Below, piece after piece: positions 49,165 through 57,754 of a stretch of DNA of 64,000 nucleotides. This DNA is from an uncultured Spirochaetota bacterium (GTDB lineage: Bacteria > Spirochaetota > Spirochaetia > SZUA-6 > Fen-1364), in contig CAWGAA010000001.1 in NCBI GenBank assembly GCA_963820525.1, positions 64,001 through 128,000 on the forward strand. Reading direction: 5' to 3'. The translations under genes were made by a program, and so were the position numbers. The notes beneath the pieces were generated by a model. That model ran no database searches and was not told where the DNA came from. It saw only the letters and a program-made list of their open reading frames with translations. Position 1 is the stretch's first letter; the number at the start of each line of letters is the position of its first letter.

Positions 49165-50268
49165 ATGAGAAGAATGCTGCCGATTGTCGCCGCGCTCCTC
49201 CTGGCCGGAAACGCTTTCGGCCAGAACACCGCGGTGACGCTCCAGAACCAGGAGAGCTCCTGGTTCTATTTCGTCCTCGATCCGGCGGAGCTCGCGGGGC
49301 TCACCCCCTCCAGCCCCCTCCTGGCGGCGAAGCTCACCACGTACTTCTCCAGGGAGACCGAGGATTTTCCTTTCACGGCCCTCAAGCCCCGCACGGGGAT
49401 CACCCTCGAAGGGCTCCCCGAGGGCAGCCACCTCCTGATCGGATTCTTCGTCATTGAAGAGGAGAGGGAGTTTCCCGTACGCGTGATATCGCTCCTCGTA
49501 GACAGGAGGCTCGGCCAGCGGCTCTATGAGATCTACAGCGACCCCGCGCTCCTCACCCTCGCGCGGGGCGTGGGCAAGCTGGCGCGCTTTGGAGGGGTTC
49601 CCCAGGTCGCCGCGACTTCCCAGCCTCCGGCTGCCCAGACGCCTCCCGCCACGACGGCGCAGGCGCAAAAGCCTCCGGTTGCTCAGCCGGCCCCAAAGAC
49701 GGTGTCCCCGGCGGCCCCTGCGGGCGGCGTTACCCTGGCGAGCTTCGGCTCCTCCTTCAGCCCGGTTGTATTCACCCGCGAGACCGAGGGGGACTTCTCG
49801 GTCCACCCGATGGCCGAATCACTTTTCTGGAACCGCGACGGCACCAGGATCGTGTCGGTTTCAGCAAGCCGGGCGGACTCGTCGCTTACCCTCGATATCG
49901 CTTCGGCCTCCGGCTTCTCACGGGACGTTTCCTACTACTTCTATTTGTTCTCCGCCCGGAGGCTCGGGCAGGAAAACTCGTTTACAGTTGAGGTCAAGCC
50001 GGTCGTGGCCGGCCAGACGGCGGGGCTCGCCATTCTCTGGGAGAGGGGAAGGCAGCTCCCCCTCCCCGTAGGCACGGTGAATGTCCAGGGGAACACCTGC
50101 CGCGTCACGGCGCGGCTGGCGGACCTTCCCCCGGAGGCGGTTTCCGGGCTCGGGGGAGACCCGTCGGCGGATCTCACGGCGTGCTATTTCGACGCGGCTT
50201 CGGCAACCTACGAGGAGTTCTACTATACGACCCTGACTTTGGCCGAGCTTCCCGCCTCTACACGTTGA
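49165..50268 (+). CDS. Secreted two-domain hypothetical protein with Pro/Ala/Gln linker
   Basis: Signal peptide MRRMLPIVAALLLAGNAFG; linker ATSQPPAAQTPPATTAQAQKPP. Confidence 0.72.
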   Translation: MRRMLPIVAALLLAGNAFGQNTAVTLQNQESSWFYFVLDPAELAGLTPSSPLLAAKLTTYFSRETEDFPFTALKPRTGITLEGLPEGSHLLIGFFVIEEEREFPVRVISLLVDRRLGQRLYEIYSDPALLTLARGVGKLARFGGVPQVAATSQPPAAQTPPATTAQAQKPPVAQPAPKTVSPAAPAGGVTLASFGSSFSPVVFTRETEGDFSVHPMAESLFWNRDGTRIVSVSASRADSSLTLDIASASGFSRDVSYYFYLFSARRLGQENSFTVEVKPVVAGQTAGLAILWERGRQLPLPVGTVNVQGNTCRVTARLADLPPEAVSGLGGDPSADLTACYFDAASATYEEFYYTTLTLAELPASTR

Positions 50269-51310
50269 AGCGGATCAGAAGGCAGTCGCCGTCCCTGACC
50301 ACGTAATCCTTTCCCTCGAGGCGCGCCTTTCCCAGCTTTTTCGCTTCCTGCGAGCCACCGCTTTCCAGGAGGTCGGCCCAGGGGATCACCTCCGCGCGGA
50401 TGAAGCCCTTCTCCAGATCAGTGTGGATTACTCCCGCCGCCTTCAAAGCGGTGGTGCCCTCACGGATGCTCCAGGCTCTCACCTCGTTCTCTCCGGTCGT
50501 GAAGAAGCTCTCCAGGTGCAGAGTCGCGTACACCGTGCGGAGGAACCTGTTCTTCGCCGGCTCCTCGATTCCCAGGTCCGCCAGGAATCCTTTCTGGTCA
50601 TACGGGGCAAGCTGGGCGATCTCCATCTCCATGTCTCCCCTGATGGGGAACACGGACAGCCCTTTCTCTCGGGTCTCCTTCTCCATCTGCGTTGAATCCG
50701 CCGACCTGTCTCCCGTATTCGCGACAACGAACAGGGGCTTCGTCGTCAGGAAGTCGAACCCGGCGAACGTCCTTGCATCCTCCGCGCCGAGGAAATCGAC
50801 GCCGAGGAGCAGGCCCGAGCCGAGGCGCTCCGCGATCTTGGAGAGAACGTGGTACTCCCGCCCGTCCCGCTTTCCTTCCTTGTCCAGCCGCGCGATGCGC
50901 TTTTCAGCCACCTCGTAATCCGCGAATATCAGGGCGTCGAGGATGCGTCTCATGTCGCGAAGGGGATCGAGGGAGATGAGGGGATGGGGCACCACCTCGC
51001 TTTCGAACCCGCGAACCACCAGGGCAATGGCGTCCGCCCTCCTGACTTCGGAGAGGCTTGCCGGGGAGATCGAGGCATCCTGGCCGTACTCGAGGGGCTG
51101 ATCCCGGAAAAGCACCGAGGCGTAGGTGGTCTTTTTGGGCTTGAAAAGGGCGGAAAGCTTGTCTATTCGCGGATCCGGAACCGCGACGTCCGCCAGGTGG
51201 GGCTGTTTCTTGCCGGCGGAGAAGTCTCCCGTCGGCAGTGCCTGTCCGGTGAGCGCATTGAATATCGTCGTCTTGCCCGAAGAGGCAAGGCCGATGATCA
51301 CGGTTTCCAT
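50258..51310 (-). CDS. ychF: Obg-like ATPase YchF
   Basis: GLASSGKTTIFNALT, VPDPRID.L, FFTTG..EVRAW, AAGVIHTDLEKGFIRAEV, EGKDYVV.DGD; SD AAGGAG. Confidence 0.93.
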   Translation of the reverse strand: METVIIGLASSGKTTIFNALTGQALPTGDFSAGKKQPHLADVAVPDPRIDKLSALFKPKKTTYASVLFRDQPLEYGQDASISPASLSEVRRADAIALVVRGFESEVVPHPLISLDPLRDMRRILDALIFADYEVAEKRIARLDKEGKRDGREYHVLSKIAERLGSGLLLGVDFLGAEDARTFAGFDFLTTKPLFVVANTGDRSADSTQMEKETREKGLSVFPIRGDMEMEIAQLAPYDQKGFLADLGIEEPAKNRFLRTVYATLHLESFFTTGENEVRAWSIREGTTALKAAGVIHTDLEKGFIRAEVIPWADLLESGGSQEAKKLGKARLEGKDYVVRDGDCLLIRFNV

Positions 51311-51341
51311 GGAAGCTCCTTGCTTAAGTGATGTCCGTCGC

Positions 51342-51371
51342 AGTATAAACAAGGACCGTGGGGCAGTGCAA
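51342..51371 (-). promoter_or_regulatory. Putative sigma70 promoter for ychF
   Basis: Minus TTGCAC-N18-TATACT. Confidence 0.6.
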
Positions 51372-51375
51372 TCCA

Positions 51376-51447
51376 GCGGCGGCTTCATTGCGCGAAGCGT
51401 GCGGAAACGCCGCTGCGGCGGCTTCATTGCGCGAAGCGTGCGGAAAC
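51376..51447. repeat. Two exact 33-bp direct repeats (period 39) in intergenic DNA
   Basis: GCGGCGGCTTCATTGCGCGAAGCGTGCGGAAAC at 51376-51408 and 51415-51447. Confidence 0.92.
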
Positions 51448-51470
51448 TGCGCCGCGCCGGCGGGCAAGGC

Positions 51471-51806
51471 GTGAAAGCGCATTTTTACTGCGCGAACTGC
51501 GGCACCGAGGTCGCACCCAAGGCCGAGCGCTGCCCCGCATGCGGCAAGTTCTTCACGGCCGTCACCTGCCCGGCATGCGGCTTCGAGGCTGACGTGGACT
51601 CGTTTCTCAAGGGCTGCCCCGCGTGCGGCTACCTGGTGGATACGGCGAAGGAAAAGGCGCGCCGGGTCGGGCGCCGTGAGCGATCGGGCGGCTTCCGCTC
51701 GCGAAAATCGGGCTCGCTTCCCCCTCTTTTCTATCGGATTGTCGGGATCGCGCTCGGCGCAGCCCTCGTGGCCCTCCTGGTGATCCTGCTCCTCCTCAGT
51801 AGATGA
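51471..51806 (+). CDS. Double zinc-ribbon protein with C-terminal TM helix
   Basis: CANC, CPAC, CPAC, CPAC; hydrophobic C-terminus; GTG start. Confidence 0.8.
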   Translation: MKAHFYCANCGTEVAPKAERCPACGKFFTAVTCPACGFEADVDSFLKGCPACGYLVDTAKEKARRVGRRERSGGFRSRKSGSLPPLFYRIVGIALGAALVALLVILLLLSR

Positions 51807-53448
51807 CTCCCAGCCCGCCGCCACCCATGATGTAAAAGTTGGCAGCGTCCTCGAATTCGCCGAGAACGGCTGCCGAAACGACGATGTGGGTTCCCGGGAT
51901 CAGCCAATGGGCCTCGGCCCCGGCCTGGAAGGGAAGGCCGATCGAAAAGACGCCGTCGGTGAGGGGCTGGGTCCGCGCGGCAATGGAGATTCCGCCGCTG
52001 AGCTCGCCAAGATCCAGGAGTATGCCTCCCCGCAGGTACAGCCACGATGCGAACCCGAGTGACGGGGGGACTCCATCGTCGTAGGGGCGCCACAGGGTGG
52101 CGAGGATCTCCGTGTCGGCGAGCAGGCTCACGGGGCCCAGCACAAGCTGCAGGGGAACGCCCAGCGAGATTCCCGTGAAGTCGGAGAAGGTGTCGGTCGT
52201 CAGGACTCCGACCGCGGGGCTGTACTGGAATGAAGCCTTTCCCTGGAGCGAAACGCCGAACCCCACGGGCGGCGCGGGGTGGAGGAAGGGGTAGCGCACC
52301 GCCACGCTCCCGCCGAACGGAGCGGCAACGGTGGAGAAGATCGCGGCCGCCTGTCCGTCGATTTCCAGAAAGCCGCCGATCCCGATTCGCGCCGAAAGCC
52401 CCAGGGGAGCGCGCACCAGCGAGCCGGAGGCGCTCGCGGCGCCGAGGAAGGAGAGCTGGAACCCTCCGTCGGGCAGGATATCGGTGCTGGGAGCGTAGAG
52501 GAGACCCGAAGCGCCGCTCCATCCGCTTCGCACAGCTTCCCGGACGCTCCTGTCGATCGTTACCGTGATCTCCCTGCTGTCGCCGGACCCCTCGTCCTTT
52601 CCAATCCCCTCGAGGATGAAGCGGTAGTCGCCGTCAGGCAGCTCCTTTCCCGATGAGTCGCGAAGCCGCCAGGTGTAGGTGTAGTCCCACGTGGTGAACT
52701 CGGGGAGGGTGTCGTGGAAAACCGTCTGGGACTGGCCGTCGAAAACGGTGACCTCTCCCGTGCCCGGCCCCGAAACCTCGAAGGAGATGAAGAGCATGCC
52801 CAGGACGCCGGGGTTCTCGGGATTGAGGACCTTCTTGGCGGGCACGGCGGAGAGGAAGCTGAATGGAGCGGGAGAGAGGCTGACGTCGACGCTCGTTACC
52901 TCTTTTTCCGAGATGACGATCGACTGGCGGAAATCAGCGTAGCCGAAGGACCGGACCACGAGCTGGAAGGTTCCCACGGGAAGCTCGACAAGCCCGGGAG
53001 CGACCGCGTCTCCCCCGACCGTCGCCGTGCTGTCCTGGGGCGACACGGTGAGGCGGAGAAATCCCGTGATTCGGGCAAGGTCGGTCTGGAAAAGCATGTA
53101 GTCGCCGGAGAAATTGACCAGCGTTGTGATGGCGTAATAGCCGTCCTTGCGAAGCTCCAGGCGATAGCTGCCCTGGCCGAGGTTGCCGACCACGAGGGGA
53201 GTCCGCCCCTGGTAGACTCCGTTGATGTAGACCTCGGCGCCATCGGGATTCGTGATGATGGAGAGGCCCTTGGTGACGGGGATTCCCGTAGGCTGGTAGC
53301 TCTGTCCCGACTGCTCCGTCGGTCCCTTTCCGCCGCTTTCGATGGAGGCGGCCTTTGAAAGGGTGCCTCCGGAGGTCGTGGCGCACGAGGTGACGATGAC
53401 GGCGAGAAGGAATGCCGGCGCGGCGCGGCGCACACGTTTATCGCTCAT
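51796..53448 (-). CDS. PEGA-domain lipoprotein with FlgD-Ig-like domain and beta-rich C-terminus
   Basis: Lipobox IVTSC; PEGA LSIITNPDGAEVYING.Y.G.TPL...G.Y.LEL.K.GY; W..RD..G..LPDG.Y. Confidence 0.82.
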   Translation of the reverse strand: MSDKRVRRAAPAFLLAVIVTSCATTSGGTLSKAASIESGGKGPTEQSGQSYQPTGIPVTKGLSIITNPDGAEVYINGVYQGRTPLVVGNLGQGSYRLELRKDGYYAITTLVNFSGDYMLFQTDLARITGFLRLTVSPQDSTATVGGDAVAPGLVELPVGTFQLVVRSFGYADFRQSIVISEKEVTSVDVSLSPAPFSFLSAVPAKKVLNPENPGVLGMLFISFEVSGPGTGEVTVFDGQSQTVFHDTLPEFTTWDYTYTWRLRDSSGKELPDGDYRFILEGIGKDEGSGDSREITVTIDRSVREAVRSGWSGASGLLYAPSTDILPDGGFQLSFLGAASASGSLVRAPLGLSARIGIGGFLEIDGQAAAIFSTVAAPFGGSVAVRYPFLHPAPPVGFGVSLQGKASFQYSPAVGVLTTDTFSDFTGISLGVPLQLVLGPVSLLADTEILATLWRPYDDGVPPSLGFASWLYLRGGILLDLGELSGGISIAARTQPLTDGVFSIGLPFQAGAEAHWLIPGTHIVVSAAVLGEFEDAANFYIMGGGGLGVIY

Positions 53449-53455
53449 GCATCCG

Positions 53456-53485
53456 ATTCTACTCCCCCCTGGAGAGGGATTTCAA
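53456..53485 (-). promoter_or_regulatory. Sigma70 promoter, leaderless, for the PEGA gene
   Basis: Minus TTGAAA-N18-TAGAAT-N7-ATG. Confidence 0.65.
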
Positions 53486-53570
53486 GTTTCGCCGCTGCGC
53501 TCCGCTTTCCTCAGGCGCTCCCCCCTTTTCCAAGTCGCCGGGATGGCCGATACTAAAGATCAGGAAAGCC

Positions 53571-54812
53571 ATGAGAAGCTCCGTTTCGGAAGGGAAATCC
53601 TCGGGGAGGGTGCGTTCGGCGCTGGCGGCATTCGCGCGCGGCGTCGGCGTGCTGTATGGGGATCTGAAGCGGGAAAACCTCTTTCGAATAATCTTCGGGA
53701 TCGTCCTGCTGCTCCTGACGAGCGCGCTGCTCGTGTTCCTGGTCGAGTCGCGGAACAACAGGGCGATGTATGGCGCGTTTTTCGACGCGATATGGTGGGC
53801 GGTCGTCACATGGGCGACCGTCGGCTATGGGGACAAGTTCCCCCTGAGCGTCATCGGCAAGGTATTCGGGATCGTCCTCATCTTCTCGAGCGTGGCGGTT
53901 TCCTCCATCCTCTCCGGGACGATCGCGAGCATCTTTGTGGACAGGAAAATCCGGGAGGGCAAGGGCTTGCAGGAAGTCACGTTCAAGAACCACATCGTGA
54001 TTTGCGGATGGAACGCGAACACGGAAAAGATCGTCGCGGGCCTCGCCCGGATCTTCTCGCGGAAAAAGGCCAAGGTGGCCCTGGTCAACGAGATGGATCC
54101 GGAAGCCTTCCAGAGCCTGGCGGCCCGCTTCAAGGGAATGGAGATCCGCTTCGTGCGCGGAGACTTCACCCGTGAGGAGGTCATCCGGCGCGCCTCGATG
54201 CGCAGCGCCGTGGCAGCCATCATCGTTTCCGACATATCGGGCTCCAACACGCTGGAAAAGGCGGACGAAAGGACGATTCTGGCGACACTCGCCATCAAGC
54301 ACATCAACCCCGGCATCATGACGAGCGCCGAGATCCTCAACCCCGAGAATGAAGGCCACCTGCGCCGCGCGGAGGTGGACGATATCATCGTCAATGGCGA
54401 GTTCAACGGCTTCCTCCTGGCCAGCTCCACCATGGCTTCCGGCATCCCCCGTGTGGCCAAGGAGATTCTCTCCTTCGAGGGAAAGAACATCGTGAAGCAG
54501 GTCGAGGTTCCCCCCGCTTTCGCCGGAAAGCGCTTCGCCGAGCTTTCCGATCATTTCATGAAAAGCGGCGCGGGGGTCCTCATCGGCGTGCTCTCCGAAG
54601 AGAAGAAGATGTCGCTGGACGACATCCTGGCGGGGGATTCTTCGGCCATCGACGATTTCATCAAGCGGAAGTTCGCCGAAGCGGACGTCGATTACCTGGA
54701 ACAGGAGAAAAAGGCGGAAAACGTCAGGCTCAATCCCGGGCCCGACTACACGATCAAGGGCTCCGACAAGGCATTCCTGATCGGGCAGCCCCAAGGGGAG
54801 AGGGAAGCCTGA
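53571..54812 (+). CDS. Potassium channel (2TM pore plus RCK/TrkA-N domain)
   Basis: DAIWWAVVTWATVGYGD selectivity filter; NHIVICGWN, FVRGD, A.A.I. Confidence 0.92.
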   Translation: MRSSVSEGKSSGRVRSALAAFARGVGVLYGDLKRENLFRIIFGIVLLLLTSALLVFLVESRNNRAMYGAFFDAIWWAVVTWATVGYGDKFPLSVIGKVFGIVLIFSSVAVSSILSGTIASIFVDRKIREGKGLQEVTFKNHIVICGWNANTEKIVAGLARIFSRKKAKVALVNEMDPEAFQSLAARFKGMEIRFVRGDFTREEVIRRASMRSAVAAIIVSDISGSNTLEKADERTILATLAIKHINPGIMTSAEILNPENEGHLRRAEVDDIIVNGEFNGFLLASSTMASGIPRVAKEILSFEGKNIVKQVEVPPAFAGKRFAELSDHFMKSGAGVLIGVLSEEKKMSLDDILAGDSSAIDDFIKRKFAEADVDYLEQEKKAENVRLNPGPDYTIKGSDKAFLIGQPQGEREA

Positions 54813-55324
54813 TGGCACGAGCGAGAGAGAAGGATTTTCTCAAGAGCGTCGGCATCCTCTCGGATCTCACCGCCGAAGAACAGGACCGCCTCTGGCAGAT
54901 CGTCAAGCGCGTCAACGTCCCCAAGGGCGTCGTCATCATGCGGGAGGGAGAGCTGGGGGACACGATGTACCTGCTGGCGGATGGAGAGGTTGAGGTCACG
55001 CAGAAGCTCACTCTCAAGCTGGGCCGGCAGGGCTTCGGGCAAGCCGAGAAATCGGTCGTCAAGCTCAACGCGCGCACCGTTTCCTTCTTCGGCGACATGG
55101 CCCTGTTCGAGAACGAGCCCCGGAGCGCGACCATCACCGCCTCCACGGACTGTCTCCTGTACGAGATCTCACGCGACGGCTTCGAGAAGCTGAGCGAGAG
55201 CTACCCCAAGCTCGGATGCAAGATCATCAGAAGGATTGCCACGGTGCTCTGCCAGAGGGTCAGGCGGGGAAACCAGGACGTCCTCAAGCTCACGACGGCC
55301 TTGAGCCTGGCGCTTTCAAAGTGA
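54812..55324 (+). CDS. Stand-alone cyclic nucleotide-binding domain protein
   Basis: IMREGE.GD.MY....GEVEV, FFGDMAL....PRSATITA; no HTH; TGATG coupling to the channel gene. Confidence 0.9.
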   Translation: MARAREKDFLKSVGILSDLTAEEQDRLWQIVKRVNVPKGVVIMREGELGDTMYLLADGEVEVTQKLTLKLGRQGFGQAEKSVVKLNARTVSFFGDMALFENEPRSATITASTDCLLYEISRDGFEKLSESYPKLGCKIIRRIATVLCQRVRRGNQDVLKLTTALSLALSK

Positions 55325-55331
55325 GGATTTC

Positions 55332-55886
55332 GTGCGCGTTTCAGAGCTGAAGCTCGTCGCATGTCTGGGAATCCTCTTATCGATCGCGTTCCCGATCTCC
55401 TCGCAGACCGCGGACGTGGGCTCGCGGCAGCCCACCAGCTTCCACGGAATTTCGCTGGGAATGGACATCGCCGTTGTAAAGGAGAAGCTCTCCTCCGACC
55501 CGCTTTTCGCCTACCGCGGCGAGCCCGACGTGAGCCTCGTGCCCCAGACGGATCAGACCCTCATCGAGTGCGCGGGCACCACGTTCATCAGGCGCGCGTA
55601 CTTCCAGTTCGAGCAGGGGAGCCTCCTCATCATGATCCTCACCCTCGACACGGAAAGGCTCGACTACTACGGGATGTTCACGGCCCTTTCCCGAAAATAC
55701 GGAGATCCGGCGAGCCTCAATCCGAACGAGAGCGTATGGCTCTTCGATTCCGTGCGCTTCTCCCTCGAGCGTCCCCTGACGGTAAAGTACGTGGAAAGAA
55801 AGACCTTCGAAGCCCTGCTCAAGAAGGGCTCCGCTCAGGCGGACCTGGAACAGCTCTCGCGGGAAAAGTTCATTGAGCAGTTCTAG
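55332..55886 (+). CDS. Secreted hypothetical protein
   Basis: Signal-like N-terminus, FHGISLGM...YRGEPDVS, L..KYGDP; GTG start. Confidence 0.72.
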   Translation: MRVSELKLVACLGILLSIAFPISSQTADVGSRQPTSFHGISLGMDIAVVKEKLSSDPLFAYRGEPDVSLVPQTDQTLIECAGTTFIRRAYFQFEQGSLLIMILTLDTERLDYYGMFTALSRKYGDPASLNPNESVWLFDSVRFSLERPLTVKYVERKTFEALLKKGSAQADLEQLSREKFIEQF

Positions 55887-57063
55887 CGCGACACGCGCAG
55901 CGGTAACGCTCAAGCACGGGAGGGAAGCGACCCTTCGACGCCGCCACCATCCCTGGATTTACAGCCAGGCGGTGGAGAAAGTGCTCGGAGAGCCGGGGGA
56001 TGGGGAGCTCCTGCCCATCGTCTGCTTTGACGGGAGCCCCCTCGGTTGGGGTTACTACTCTCCCCGGAGCCTCATTGCCGTGCGTTTGGTCGGATTCGGG
56101 AGCGAGCCGCCCGGCGAAAAATGGATCGAGGACAGGATGGCTGCGGCGCTCTCCATGCGGCGGGGACTCCCCCTCGACTCGGATGCGTTTCGCATGGTGA
56201 ACGCTGAGGGCGATTTCATTCCCGGGCTCATCGTCGACGTTTACGGCGACACGGCCGTTGTTTCCATTCACATCCGGGGAATAGAGGTGCTCATGGACAG
56301 GATAGCGGCGTGCCTCGCCGCGCTCCTTCCGGGAACGCGAGTTTTCCTCAAGCGCGATGAGCACTATGCCCGGGTGGAGAACCTGAGCCTCGCCTCCGGA
56401 TATCTCTCCGGACAGGGGGACGGAACGAGCGTCATCCGGGAGGGAAAACTCCAGATCCTCGTCGATATCGCCCATGGGCAGAAGACCGGCTTCTACCTCG
56501 ATCAGAGGGAGAACAGGTACCTGGTCGGCGCTTACTCCATGGGGAAGAGCCTCCTCAATCTCTTTTCCTACACCGGGGCGTTTTCCCTGCACGCCGTGGC
56601 GGCAGGGGCGGTGAGGGCCGTCTCCGTTGAAAGCTCGCGGCTGGCGATCGCCATTTCTCAGCGGAACGTGGAGCTGAACCCCGCACTTGATGCGTCGGCG
56701 TTCGAATGGCGGCAGGAGGATGTCTTCTCGTTCCTCGAGCAGGATGGGAAATACGACATCATTGTCGTGGATCCGCCGCCGTTCGCGCGCAGGCGGACGG
56801 AGGTGGAGGGCGCCATCAGGGGCTACCTCAGCCTGAACCAGCAGGCGGTGAAGAAGCTTTCCCCCGGCGGCTATGCCTTCACCTTTTCCTGTTCGGGGGC
56901 GGTGGATCGGGATACCTTCCGGCAGGTGGTCGTCGAGGCTGCCATGCGTTCGGGAAGGACGGTCCGTCTGCTGCGGGAGCTGCACGCGGGAGCGGACCAT
57001 CCCGTGTCCGCGGCGCATCCAGAAGGAGAATACCTCAAGGGGTGGCTGATCCATGCTCAGTAG
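55873..57063 (+). CDS. rlmI: Class I SAM-dependent rRNA m5C methyltransferase (RlmI-like)
   Basis: HPWIY PUA domain, EGD.IPGL.VD, GQKTGFYLDQREN, LNLFSYTG.F, DPPPFA, SCS, DHP.....PEGEYLK. Confidence 0.88.
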   Translation: MSSSSATRAAVTLKHGREATLRRRHHPWIYSQAVEKVLGEPGDGELLPIVCFDGSPLGWGYYSPRSLIAVRLVGFGSEPPGEKWIEDRMAAALSMRRGLPLDSDAFRMVNAEGDFIPGLIVDVYGDTAVVSIHIRGIEVLMDRIAACLAALLPGTRVFLKRDEHYARVENLSLASGYLSGQGDGTSVIREGKLQILVDIAHGQKTGFYLDQRENRYLVGAYSMGKSLLNLFSYTGAFSLHAVAAGAVRAVSVESSRLAIAISQRNVELNPALDASAFEWRQEDVFSFLEQDGKYDIIVVDPPPFARRRTEVEGAIRGYLSLNQQAVKKLSPGGYAFTFSCSGAVDRDTFRQVVVEAAMRSGRTVRLLRELHAGADHPVSAAHPEGEYLKGWLIHAQ

Positions 57064-57481
57064 GGTTTGCGGGGCCGCGGCGCTCCTTGTCGTGCTGACG
57101 TCGTGCACGCCCGGGCTTCCGAGGATCGGGCTCTCGATAAAGGGAGTCGCGTTCTCCGTGGAAGTCGCGCGCTCGGAGGCCGAGCGTGAGAGGGGCCTGA
57201 TGTTTCGAAAAACGATTTCAAAGCGGGAGGGGATGCTGTTCGTCTTCGACGCCGATCAGCATCTCGACTTCTGGATGAAGGACACGCCGGTCCCCCTCTC
57301 CATCGGATTCATCTCCGCGGACGGCAGGATCCTCGAGATCGAAGACATGCAGCCGTTCTCGCTTGCGACGATCCGCTCCCGCTCCTCCTGCCGCTACGCC
57401 CTGGAGCTTGCCCAGGGAACGTTCCGCGATATCGGGGCGGCGGAAGGGGACAGCGTGGTTTTCCCTCCCGGCTTCAAATAA
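57053..57481 (+). CDS. DUF192 domain protein
   Basis: VEVA.....R.RGLMFR....EGMLFVF......FWMK.T..PL.I.F, YALEL. Confidence 0.9.
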   Translation: MLSRVCGAAALLVVLTSCTPGLPRIGLSIKGVAFSVEVARSEAERERGLMFRKTISKREGMLFVFDADQHLDFWMKDTPVPLSIGFISADGRILEIEDMQPFSLATIRSRSSCRYALELAQGTFRDIGAAEGDSVVFPPGFK

Positions 57482-57502
57482 CGCGCGGGGGCGAGCCCGC
57501 CG

Positions 57503-57754
57503 CTATTCCTTGTCCTCCTCGGAGAGCTCCGGGAACAGGGAGAGGGCAGGCTCGCCCTCGGCGGATTCGGGCTCGCGGGTGAGTATCTCCACCCTGCGCT
57601 CCACGCGGCTCAAATCCTTCTCCAGAGACTTGGAAAGCTTCACGCCCTCCTCGAATACCGAGACGGCCTCCTCCAGAGGGAGCTTGCCCTCCTTGAGCTT
57701 CTGGGCAAGCTCCTCCAATCTCTTCAGCCTTTCCTCAAAGTTTTTCCCCGGCAT
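57503..57754 (-). CDS. xseB: Exodeoxyribonuclease VII small subunit
   Basis: FEERLKRLEEL...L..G.LPLEEA...FEEGVKL. Confidence 0.93.
   Translation of the reverse strand: MPGKNFEERLKRLEELAQKLKEGKLPLEEAVSVFEEGVKLSKSLEKDLSRVERRVEILTREPESAEGEPALSLFPELSEEDKE

Noticed and set aside
51376..51447. Possible mini CRISPR array
   Set aside because: Only two repeats with a 6-nt spacer, and no leader or cas genes.
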